From: Auanema rhodensis
Lineage: Eukaryota; Animalia; Nematoda
Length of the DNA stretch: 64,000 nt
NCBI GenBank assembly: GCA_964057225.1
Contig: OZ059897.1
Span: 15,748,001 to 15,812,000, forward strand
Direction: 5' to 3'
Part shown: positions 52,401 through 64,000 of the stretch, piece by piece
Position numbering within the stretch: position 1 is the stretch's first letter
Layout of the letters: each line of letters starts with the position of its first letter
Position numbers and translations under genes: made by a program
Notes under the pieces: generated by a model
Told to the model about the DNA's origin: nothing
The model's database searches: none
What the model saw: the letters and a program-made list of their open reading frames with translations, nothing else

Positions 52401-55400
52401 GAGCATTAGTACAAGACAGACTGTGTACATGTAATATCTGACCGCATACAGAAGAGCTTGATTGTATTAAGAACGAAGAAAGATGACCTCGTTTTGGTCT
52501 TCTTTGTATAATACGATTAGTATAGCACATGCTCATCTTACGTATATCTACCAATCTTTTGCTTTCGTTGCTCAATCTACAACAGTCTACTATGCTTTTA
52601 ATATTTTGTTATCGTTATTATTCAGTAATAAGTTAATTTTGATGGCTGCCTAATTCAACTTAACTATATAGTCTTATATACATATATACTATATTGCTTA
52701 GTTAACCTATCTTATCTCATCTAACTATATTCTAAATTAACCTGCTTCATTCAAACTTGATGTATGCCTTCAAATTAATTTACTAGCAAGAATATTAAAG
52801 AGAATTTATCTAAAGGTTTTCATATAGATCTCCGATGAGATATTAGCCATCATCATACTGACTCTCTATTTTTCTTTATTTCTCTCGCTCTTCCAACGAT
52901 CTCTACACTGTTTGGCATTTCCTTTTTCCTCATATCCTATAGAGCTTGACCTTATAAGCTTGTTTCTTCCCTATACTCATATATTATTTATCAGCGGTCA
53001 GAATTGCAATGGACATTTAATTAGTCAAAGCTTCAAGGCATTGAATTTTGATGTATGCTCTAATACATCACAACTCAAGCTTAGCTAGCTTGCATCATTT
53101 CTGAACCATCATGCTGTTATTCATATACATATTTCAACATAGTAAATATTTTTTAGATAATTATATAATAGAAAATATAAAGATTGTTTCATTTACTATA
53201 TATATACTCTCATTGGCAATCTTTTTGGTACCACTAGTAAGCATCTCTGCACCATTTCAGAATAGTCAACAAGCTATACTTACTTGCGAATTGGTTTAAC
53301 TTAAATTGATATGCAAGTCAATTGAATTAATATGCCTTAATCGGCCTGTTTTCCAAGGTTTTGTATGATTCATGTAGTGAAGAAGCACATATATTGAGCA
53401 TCATAATTGAATTTTGTCTTGTCTATATGAAAACTTAAGGGCAATAGGAAGTAAAGCCAATAAGAAAGAAAGCATGGACATAGAAGGGAGAGAGAACTAA
53501 AGATAGAGAGCGTGAGAGACGCTCTTCTTCCCACTTGTGCTCATTGCATTCATCTGCATCATCTATCCGACAACGACTAGGTCCAGCCGATGATCTTACT
53601 TGGGTCTGGCCATCACGTTCCTCTCTAATTCCCTTTTTATCCCTCTTTCTCTTCATCTATCTCTTTCTCTTTCTCTTACCAATTTCCAAACCTAAACGCG
53701 AGCGCAATGAGTAAGGCAGAGAAGAGGTAAAGAGTGTCCAGTCTTATTTAAGCCTCATATACCACCACTACCCATCTCACTGTGTTATAATTGCGGGCAA
53801 TTAACCGGATGCGACAGCCGTCTTTGTCCTAGCGTGAGCTCATCCAACATACTTGCCAGCTTCACTCTGCCAACCAAGCCGATATTGCAAATGTGGTTAA
53901 GAGATGTGTGTTTGGATGGGATGCCAGGTCATTCATGTTGTCATCTTCTTCGCTTCAGACGCCAAAATCTATTCATTTGTTTTCATATTCTTTTTAGAAT
54001 ATGCTACCAGCCTAATGTGTTTAACAGATCTATGTTATTTACATTCAATTCATCTCAAAACCATTCAGCTCACCTTTATCGCATCTTATTCTCATCTAAC
54101 AATCTATTTACTATCCCATTCCATGTTTCCTGCTCTTGGTATGAAACGCTAGCCATCCAGCTTCTAAAAGCTGTAACTTTTACCGTTTCCGCTCATAATA
54201 GCGATGGGTTATATCAAAGTTCCGATTCGTCTAACTATATCAGTGAAGGAGAATAAAATTCAAAATTTCAAGCTTTCCTCCATCTTCCACCATCCGCTTT
54301 TCACTTACTGCACTTTCAAACTCTAATCTTCATTGTTTTTTTTCTTCATTTTCTCTTGTTTAAGATCACTGCTTAATTCATTTGAAATTTGAATACGTTG
54401 CAAGACCATTAAATCATTTTTTCTACTTTTTTTTCTAAAAACCATTTATGTTTTCGTAATAATATTGTCAATGATGTTACTGCCAGATGAAAACTAATGA
54501 TGGATTTACGATGTGTATTCAATCACATTGCTTGTATCGGTTTATAAAAAAACATTCTTATTACTCTTATACTTTCGAATGCTATCAAATATAATATAAA
54601 AATTATTTAATTTAATCTTATTTTGATTAGAATTAATTAAAAACTAATATATGAAAAGCATTCTAATCTATAATGTTCTTTCTCATATAATATATGATGC
54701 TTTTCACAAATTTTTATTATCTTTTACTTAATATTTATTTCTATTTTAGATATTCCAACTACCCGAGAAGCACCACCATCTCCAGCACCTCCGGTTAAAA
54801 CATCAAGTTTACGACCACCGTCTTCAACAACAGGCCTTCGTTCACCTTCCAGGGGATCGGGGTATTTTCAAATTATAGATTTTTAAACTAATTCCTATAT
54901 ATATATATTAGAAATAACAATGGATCTGTAACAAGTACAACTAGTAGTACCATTCGTGGATCACTGTCATCTATAGATACTACTTCCGCCAAATCTCTAC
55001 AAAAGCCATCCGGTATTGCTAGAAGGGCACCGGATACAGATACTATACCTACACGGTCTATTGCAAAACCAAAAGCTTCATTGCTTGGACCTACTGAAAT
55101 CAAATCTGCTGTTACTCCAGTAACAAAGGAATCAAAAATGCTCAAACTTAAATTATTTGGCGGTAATAAAGATAAGAAGGAGAAAACCCCTCAGGCATCT
55201 CCAGCTGTTGTAAGTTGATTTAACTTCTATTTCATAATTTCTTTATTGATATAATTATATTTAATTTAGATAAAGAAAACTGTTGTTAGCAATACACTTA
55301 CTACTTCTCGTTTACCATCAGTCACAAAACCTTCGCTGGAAGTGAAAACTTCGAAGCTGGCAACTCCAACGAAACGACAGGTTCGTATCTTCCATAGTCT

Positions 55401-57238
55401 TTAAGAAATATATAACGTTATTTTCTTCCCAACTGTGAGAATAGCAGATTATTGGATAATTCTTTAAAGCTTCTTACGAGAGTAAGCTATAAATCTATCT
55501 ACTCTTGATTCACATCCTAAATTGTCCCATCGGACTAATTCATCTCAGGAACATCTCACAAGTTTTGCAACCTCAAGCGTGAGGCGAACTTCTGTTTTAT
55601 TCAGATCTAACTAAAAGATAATGAAATGAATGGAACTTTCCATTATCTCAGATGAGTAATATGTAAGAGAAACAAGTAGTTTCTGCTCATTCAAGACCCC
55701 CATCTTAAATTTTAAGCAAAGTTCGCGTTTGTGCGCAAGACAAAGATATTTAGCGTTTGTAGTTCCTGAAAATAAGCTGAATTTGGAAAAGACTCATTAC
55801 TTTTCTAGTTGAAGATGAAATATACATCTATAGTTTCATACGGCTCGTTTAGATGTAGTGAGGGTGGTCTCATCTTACTTCTCCTCTTCCATCTTCGTCC
55901 GGTAGAAACTTTATCTTATTGTATAAAGCATTGTGAATGATATTTCAAGTCTATGAATATCTATTGAGTGATTTTGAGATTAAAAGAAATATAAAAAAGT
56001 ATGTTGAAATGGTTGTAAAAACCATTGTCTGCAATGAAATATGTTACAGAGAAGTTCTACGATCACAATAGTGTTTAATTGACTTTTCAATACAATTCAT
56101 TCTCAACATATCATATGCATCATCATTTCGTCGGAAATTCATTAAGAACTAAAGTAAATTCCCTGAAAAACAGCTGAGGACGTTGAGAACCATTTGTCGG
56201 ATGGTCTAACTTTGCTTCCACAAGCTTTTTAATGTGCCGAGTAGAAAAGCCGGGATGTGCCAGATGTTTCAGCGTGGCCATCGCCGTTTGTTGCAACAGC
56301 AATCGTTTTTCTTCACACTTTAGATTTCTGTTGTTCAGCTTTGACCTCATCTTATTGCTTAATCTCTCAATATCATGTTCATTCCGACATAGATTATCGT
56401 CTTATCACATTAATATTATATCTCAATATCTTTTTTTTTGATCAACGGTTGTCTATTCAACGTTCACACTTAAATGTGTAAAAAGAAAAGGTGCAAAGGT
56501 GTTCAATTTTATTTTTTGTACTATAGTATCATTTCTTTCTCATTTCTCATTCATCTTTTAGTTAATACTATATAGATTTCTCAATTTTACTCATGTATTT
56601 CATTGCAATTCGCGTTGTATCTCTCAAACATTTTAACGATTATAATTAACTATTGTGTATAATACATTTCTCCTATTTTTTCTTCCGTTTTATAGTTTAG
56701 GCTTTAGGTTTTACTCCTAATTAGGCTTTGATACCCTATGCTTAGTCGTAGTAGGACTTGAAACAATTAAGTTTTAAAAGAATGAGAGAATATAGAGTGT
56801 AAGAGAATGAATGTCATGTATTAGCTACTCATGAAATTAATGAAATTACATTTCAGAATTATCTATTAAAATATTTGTTGTCTAAGTATTTAATATTTTA
56901 TTAATATAAATTAATTATTAACTAATATTATATTACAATTTAACTATTATTTGATTTCAGCCTGTACAATTACGCACAAAACAGCCAGCTATCATTGTTC
57001 CGTCATCAACAAATTCGTCAACGGAAAATTTGAAACGGTATGCCACATATTATTTATATTATTTTAATTAAATTCTTTGTTTAGAACTTCTAAAAGCAGT
57101 GAAGAAGATTCAGCTTATGCAGGTTTCGGTAGCACTAGTCCCGCTTCGTCTACTCAAAGTTCAATAAGTCTTCGCTCAGCATCAACAAAGGCAAGTTTCA
57201 AAAAATTTTTTGTGAATAATCCAACAATTATATTATTT

Positions 57239-57291
<53 letters not shown>

Positions 57292-59304
57292 TGGGAAACG
57301 AGCTAAACCAATCTCAGCAATTCTAATTCATCTTTAATAATTAGCGTGAGAAAAAAATTCTATTTTCCGTTGATCATTTAATTTTCGGAAATATTTCAAC
57401 TTCCAACACTATGTATGCATCGTATTAATTATGAATCTAGAGTTAGCTTGTTATACTTCCAACTATAGCTACAGATACTAACCCATAAATTCACAATTAT
57501 TGCTTTTTCGTGACCAGCATTGAGGAATCTAATTTAAATCTTACTTTTTTTAATTTATAAAAATAAATTCAAGTATTATTTTTTCAGGATTCACGTGAAA
57601 TGGTATGTGAGACATCTCCAACTCCACCACCTCAACCAGAAATCATGAAAGTTTCTGAACGAAAAGCACACGAATCACAGGTTCATATTATCGCAAATAG
57701 TTTTTCAATTTTTTATTTCTCGTCAATCTTTCCAGGATAAACCAACGTTAGCTGTCAAGGCGTTAAACGTGAATATACCTCCATCTTCGTTTTCAAATTC
57801 TCGTCTGGTAAAGCCTACCAGCATGCTGCCCTTAGCTAAAGAAAAGGCTGAAGTTTCCGTATGTTTTTAAAAACTTTTGTCTGCATTGTTCAAACCACAT
57901 CATTTTAAAAGTCCTCGTTAATATTTTGTTATTGTTATAGGCTGTACCGAAAAATTCTCCAGAAGAGGAGAAGTCGGTTGAAGGTGGTGGTAGCAGTAGC
58001 GCTTCTACGCTACCGCCCAGTCCTACCGTCGGAGTCGTCAGTCCAATGCAGCATCGCAAGAATATTGCAGGTAAAATAATATTATTTTTATTTGAATATA
58101 TATCATATACTCATGTAGATATATTAATTATATGAACTGCTTATAGGATCTACTTCTACTAACGCAAATACGACCAAACCGCAAATAGAAGAAAAATCTG
58201 AAAAACAGAAACCGTTAGTTCTACTTAATGTATGATCTTATTGAATAGTTTTGACCATTTTAGACCTCCACCAGTACGAACATGTAAACTGGAAAGCTCT
58301 TGTGATAATGAAATTGCTCAAGTTAAAGTGCCAGCAATGGCTCCAGTACGTCAACCACCTAGCTATAGTCAATTGTTAAACGAAGGTCGGATACAAAAAT
58401 CAAGTTAGTTCAACATTATAAGTTATTATTTAAAATTTGCTAAGAAAAAAAAGTTTATTTTTTTCTTCAATTTTCTCTTCTTCAATCTTAGTTTATTATA
58501 CAAAAACCTTGCTCTAAAAACTTGAACGAACAAACCACCACAAAATCCGTTTGAAGGTTCAAGACTAATTTCATCGTCATTATCGCCGGCCAGTTGTCGG
58601 AACTCTCAGCTGTCCGTCGACCTGTTCGAAGATATACGGCTTTTGAGATTTTTTTATAGAACATCAATAGTCTTCAATAGTCTTGAAACCATAATATTTA
58701 AAATTTGCTGAAAAGACTTAATCTTAGAAATGTTTTCCTAAATACAAATGAAATCTCAGGTTAATTAGTGTTAATTAACTAAGAAGATTTTCTTATTAAA
58801 ATTTCATTCCTTTGAAATTTTTGAGAGTTTCGAACATTTGTCATCTTATGTCATCGTGTTTTACATCAGCAAATTATAATACATACTTGGTATTTTCTTC
58901 CATATATAGCATATATATAACATATTCTGTAAATCTATACTTATTACAATTCATTATTCTCAAATATTTCCAGATAGCAGAATGGATTCTTCTACTTCTG
59001 AAGATTCACTGGATTCTATAACAACGACTGTACGAGTTCAGATTCCCCCTTCTGGCTATCGTTCAGAAGGAAATACAATGAACAGAAGGCCTGGACCTTC
59101 TTCAGCTAGTGGTATGTTTATTAAGTTAATTTATATGATAAAAACTTATGGTTGTGTTTTTCTTGATAAAACATTTTTATATTTTCAAGATGTTGGTGGA
59201 TATACTTCTGAAAGTGGAATTGCCATTTATGAGAAAATGCAAGATCGTTTAAGAGAATGTCGTGAATCTATGGCTCGTGGAGGTCTATATGATTATGGAG
59301 ATAG
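31410..59304 (+). CDS. unc-53: UNC-53 / Neuron navigator (NAV2-like) ortholog, 5' portion (about 697 codons, 18 exons); the 3' part, including the AAA domain, lies beyond the window
   Basis: Exons are 31410-31439 (tentative first exon, MLAVKHNAVE), 36339-36453, 41945-42003, 44700-44772, 48229-48430, 51724-51827, 54750-54861, 54912-55209, 55270-55380, 56961-57037, 57085-57190, 57588-57680, 57736-57858, 57941-58070, 58147-58213, 58264-58403, 58974-59111 and 59190-59304, with consistent phases. The calponin-homology domain (IYTQWANRHL...FQDYRIV...EGLNLCLQYLRSLGVNCSK...GSLGAVLQLLFALSTYKQ) and the motifs LKLKLFG, SEEDSAYAGFGSTSP, KPTLAVK, PTVGVVSP and VRQPPSY match my recollection of C. elegans UNC-53. 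No stop codon is reached. Confidence 0.9.
57243..57285. repeat. (AT)n microsatellite in an unc-53 intron
   Basis: A perfect AT run of about 21 units. Shorter AT runs occur throughout, e.g. near 2370, 10298 and 33986. Confidence 0.95.
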
Positions 59305-62300
59305 GTACGTAACTAATTTCAAATTTTCATTATCTGTACTCTTTTCAACAAAACAATCATAATACAATTAGCGTTTATTCTCTATTTTTTTTGAGAAAAT
59401 GAGCTATGAGAGCCAGTCCATTTCTTTTTAGCTGTTTGAGTTATAAACAAAAACTTCAGTTTACGATTGTTTCTGCACATCATGACCATAAGCTTTGCTC
59501 ATGATGATTCTATTATTCTTTCTATTTTATGAAAAAGTTGGACATGCCTGCTAACTATGCTATCAATGTCCTGTTTTGTCATACAAGAACAATATTGCTG
59601 CAAATATTTAAAATTTAAAATAATTAAAATATTTTTTCCATCATCTCCCTTTCTGTGAAACGGAAAAAATAATTTTTTGCACGCACTTTCGTCATATTCT
59701 TATTCACCGACATGCTAGAGGCCTTTGTTCGTATTCCTATTTGACGCCAATTTATCGTTGTCGTACTGGATCTTAGATTCTGTCTCATCGTTTACTGCTT
59801 CTCCTATAGCATTAAGCTTTAACTGCCACTGCTAAAACCCCTCTTGCCTTCTGGCTTGACTCCAGCCTCTTTCTCTGGCTTATGCGCCATCCACATCACC
59901 AGTCCCGCATCGTTCAGCGATAAGAATCAGCTCTTCTGTGAATAAATGAAGAACGTTCTGTCATACTGCACCATGAGTCATCTGATTATGAATTATGGCT
60001 GTTTTCAATTTTGAAGTGAATGAAATAAGATTGAGAAATTATCTACGATAAATCCAAGTTGAAGCAGAGTTCTATCACTGTTCATCTTTTAGGTCGTTCT
60101 GTTGTTCTTGATTAATTGCTATCTTCATTATCCTTTCCTTGTTCTTTCACAGATAAGGCTTTATGAATTTTGCAAAGAAGCAACCAACCTTGTAACCTTT
60201 CGAACAATTGCCCGACAATAGAAAGAAAGTGTGAAAAAAATCTGACCTTTTGTTTCGTAATAACAGCTTATGAACCTTTCAATTCATTTTTGGGCGGCTT
60301 TTGCATGATTTCAGTGCTCGTAATGAGGTCATACATATATTTTTTTCCATATATCATTCAACACGCAAATCTTTCTTTTTATCGTTTAAGAAAAAAACAT
60401 TTTTTTTCTTAAACGATAAAATTCCTTTTGATGAAATTTTCATCTCTACTGATCTAGAATACTTCAAATTGCACTATGACTTGTCAAGCCATCAACGATC
60501 TGAAAATCCTCAGAATTAGACGATTTGTGTGGTTTTTCATTGCCACAATAATCTCTTCAATCTATAGAATACAAAGATATCTAAAAAAAAACAGGGCTTT
60601 CAAAGCCATTTATAACTTTCTTTATGATGTTCTAAATCGATTTGTTGATTTTATTATGTTTTTTCTTTTTCTATCAAAACCGGTCAAGTAAACCATTGAC
60701 TCTTTTAGAGTCTCTATGTATCCATTGAATTGCTTCATATCTTATGTGTGTTTACAATGATATGTATATATCTCTACCTGAAGCCCAGTTATAACTATTG
60801 ATTTATATGTTTCATGGTAATTCTTTCTTCTCAAATCCTTATAGCTGCTACTGTCGAATTTTCTCTAGTTGATTCAAAAGAAATCCCGCTCCGTCAGTCA
60901 TATACAGCTGTATGGATAAGAATGCAAGTTTTTTTGTTATCCAAAATAGTCGAATGGCAGCTGCACCTTTTTTCGGTTTTTTCCTCTCTTATTCATGACT
61001 ATATTAGAGGCATCTAAGACGTTAAAGGATTCTATAGACAATGAAAATGAAATAAAATAAAGTTTCAAGCATTGTCATCCATATTCTTCATTATTTCTAA
61101 TGTCATTCCTTGTGCCATCATATTCCAATTTTTTACTTGTGCATTATTTCTCTGGCAAGAAAATTACCATTGTTCAGCTTTTTTTTTATTCATTTCCAAT
61201 ATCGAATGTCTGTTGTAGAGCCTCAAAATCTAAATAATATCCTTTTCTCTCGCTCATTCATTTTTGCAGTCCTGCGTGAAGATGTCATATAATGATTGAT
61301 GCGATGAATTAAATCAAGGTTGTGCTCGAGAATCCGTATATCTATTAAATGTACGAGAGATAGTCAGACAGACAGAATAGTAAATTGCTTATTTGATATC
61401 CAGAAATATCGGACAAGTTGGTTGTGAGGCTTGAATCGTGCATTCAGAAGCCCAGATGGTGTGAATAAGACGTGTTCAGGACAATGATCATCTAATAAGA
61501 ATTCATGACGGTTGCACACTATCTGACTCATTCACTCTGCACTATTCATGACCTGACGATGTAGTGTTAGGAAGAAATAACAATGAATAGAAAAAGCAAC
61601 ACGTGTGTCATCATCATCACATCATCTGCATACGTCTTCCTGTTCTATGCAATTGTTCATATTAGGCTGTGCAGATGCCAAAGATCACATGTCCATAAGT
61701 ACTGATTAGATCGAGTTCAGCTTCATTTCTTCCATACTATTCTTTCATGCTCCATTATTCATTTCATACAAGCAATATATTCATATGCTTCATCTTTATA
61801 AAAAATAATTTTTATTTCATTATGTTCAAACAAATTTGGAAATCCTATTTGTTACTATCAACTTTTTCCTTTGCACCCAATCTACCTACATGATATTAAA
61901 ACACAATTTTACTTAAATAATTAATTCTTGAACTCTGTTGCATTGGTTCCTGGTCACAAATTTCATGTGTTCAGGTCATATTAACCAAGTGCTCTATATC
62001 TTACTTATTCTCATTCTATCTGTATGGCTATGCCTGCTAACCAACTTTGCACATATCCAATCCGTTTGTCCATGTGTTGTCAAGGTGTTGGCCCACGGCT
62101 TACGTTGCCCATAAATAGAATACTCAATCAGGCCGAAGGTTCAGACATAGTTTTCCTTCTTTTCACCACAAAAGGACAAAAGCCATCTCAAGAGGTCGAG
62201 CTCTGACTCTCTCACAGCCTCTACCTCTATCTCCTTCGCTATTGGTAGACTATAACTTCTTTTGCTTAAAACTACGTGTCTTTCATACACAAAGAATCAT

Positions 62301-64000
62301 AGGTTCTCTTATATCTGAAGGCAATTCCTAGTTTTGTCGCCAGTCCGATCAACAGTATATGTGCTTGGGTATCAATCGACTCCTCATAAGCCATACAAAC
62401 ACTACCTTTTCGTGCACTATACATCAACTCAACTGATGTTATAATGTGCTAACATCTATTATCTGTTACTGAATAAGAACATTACTTACCTATTATATCT
62501 AAATAATGTCTTTCGTCGAGCGACTCATACTGACCCGACTTGCTGACTGGTATGTTTTGTCTTTTTTCTCTACAATTTGCTGATTTTGCACATTCAGTTT
62601 ATAATTTTCCTACAAACTGAATGTTTTTTCATTATCCCCTAACTAATAATTAATTTTTCACGGTCATTTTTCATCATAAAGTATATGAATATAAGTAGAA
62701 TTAATTTAGTAAAGCAATGTATATTTGTATGAATAAGGAAATAGACGCAAGAAATGCCTGCCGGCTTTTCAGCCATTTCTTTGTATCAAATATATAAAAT
62801 GTTTATTGTATGTCAATTATTTTTGTTTTCTTGATAATACATACAACATCATACAACAAGCTATCGGCTCGTTTGATCTCTTCTTCAACAAGCAATCACA
62901 ACAGGAAGCTTTGGTCCATTAGTTGTAGCCGCCAGGCTCTTCCGGCCCCTTGCTATGATGGTCATTGCGCCTGTTCGTAAGTCACATAAGCACATGCTTG
63001 ACTTGGTTTTATCTCTTTCAATCTTTTCTCTACCACTGTTGTGATATTTTCCTTGTATTTCTGTTATTCCTATATATGAAATTAAATAGGTACATATTGT
63101 GTTTAACAGATTCAAAGTTAAGAGGTCAATACATTTACATTTTTCATACGCTCCTAAATAATACATGCTCACATCTTTCAGTTCGAAAATAGTAAATATT
63201 AAATGAATGATGAATCATTTTTCTTTTTACTTATGAAAAGTCTAATTTGATCTATCATAAGAAGCATCGAGTTCGGCTAACTATAACAATAGTCTGTTAG
63301 CTTTTATTTTCAATCACAATTAAGTATTTGTACTTTGTGAGCCGTCGCTTCTGTCCACCATGAGACATCATAATGGATTTGCCTCCACGGCAGTTGGCTG
63401 TCATCTACGGGACCATCCTCTCATCTATACCGCCATTTGCCATATTTTGATACAGATTCGTGCACAGCTATAGACTATGCAAGCATGAGTTAGATGTTAT
63501 CAGATGTCTTCTAAATCTTTTCACTGCTAGTCGCTGTTTCGCTCATTCTTATCTTGATCAGGGAGTTGAAGAGTAAACGGAAAAGCATGGCTTGGAGCTA
63601 GCTGACCAGAAAGGCAGCAGGCCAATTGCCAGTCATATTTAATGGTCCTTTGTCTAGTTAAATCTCGACGTTTCATCCAAGCAAGTCATTGTTCTAACCA
63701 AAGTCAGTCATAGTTTCAAATTGTTCTTGTAACTACATGTCTACATATAATTACAACATTTAAAACATTTTAATTACTCACTTATATAATATTATTATTT
63801 TCTATTATTCTCAACAAATTTTAAACCTAAGAAAAAACTTGATGAGCTTAATAGTGTCCTCAAACTTTTCTCCTACATTTTTCTTCCTCTTGGACATGTT
63901 GCTTCAACCATCTGGCGTAAGACGAAGTCGGTTGATCGAAATAACAGATGCCATTGCTATCAAAGGAATACTATTCGTTTCAAGGTCTTCTCTCATTTGA

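Noticed and set aside
53834-54256. 140-aa ORF in an unc-53 intron, and similar Phe/Ile/Leu-rich ORFs elsewhere
   Set aside because: They start at non-ATG codons or have low-complexity composition from T-rich DNA, and show no recognisable domains or splice context.
1-64000. tRNA, rRNA, transposon, CRISPR or horizontally acquired prokaryotic genes
   Set aside because: I saw no cloverleaf, rRNA-like block, transposase/RT ORF, long terminal or inverted repeats, or intronless long ORF. Small ncRNAs cannot be excluded without an Infernal/Rfam search.

Overview
This window is very AT-rich eukaryotic DNA with TTTTCAG-type splice acceptors, many 41-60 nt introns and a cuticle collagen, so it is a nematode genome (species not determinable). 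Almost all ORFs in the supplied track are noise or exon fragments. I assembled five spliced genes by hand, and in each the splice phases fit: (1) a 9-exon Srw/DMSR-like neuropeptide GPCR, 7448-14407 (+); (2) a 12-exon cuticle collagen with a long C-terminal tail, 16512-18304 (+); (3) a 14-exon uncharacterised type II membrane protein, 20226-18376 (-), tail-to-tail with the collagen; (4) a 12-exon sugar-porter (GLUT-like) MFS transporter, 23241-26043 (+); (5) the 5' part of unc-53/Neuron navigator, about 31410 to beyond 59304 (+), with multi-kb introns and continuing past the window. I saw no RNA genes, transposons or CRISPR arrays, and I cannot support a wholly new biological system. The best leads are the orphan membrane protein overlapping the collagen 3' end, the GPCR missing several canonical class A residues, a cluster of AP-2/COE-like palindromes in unc-53 introns, and candidate alternative unc-53 exons plus a GC-AG intron.
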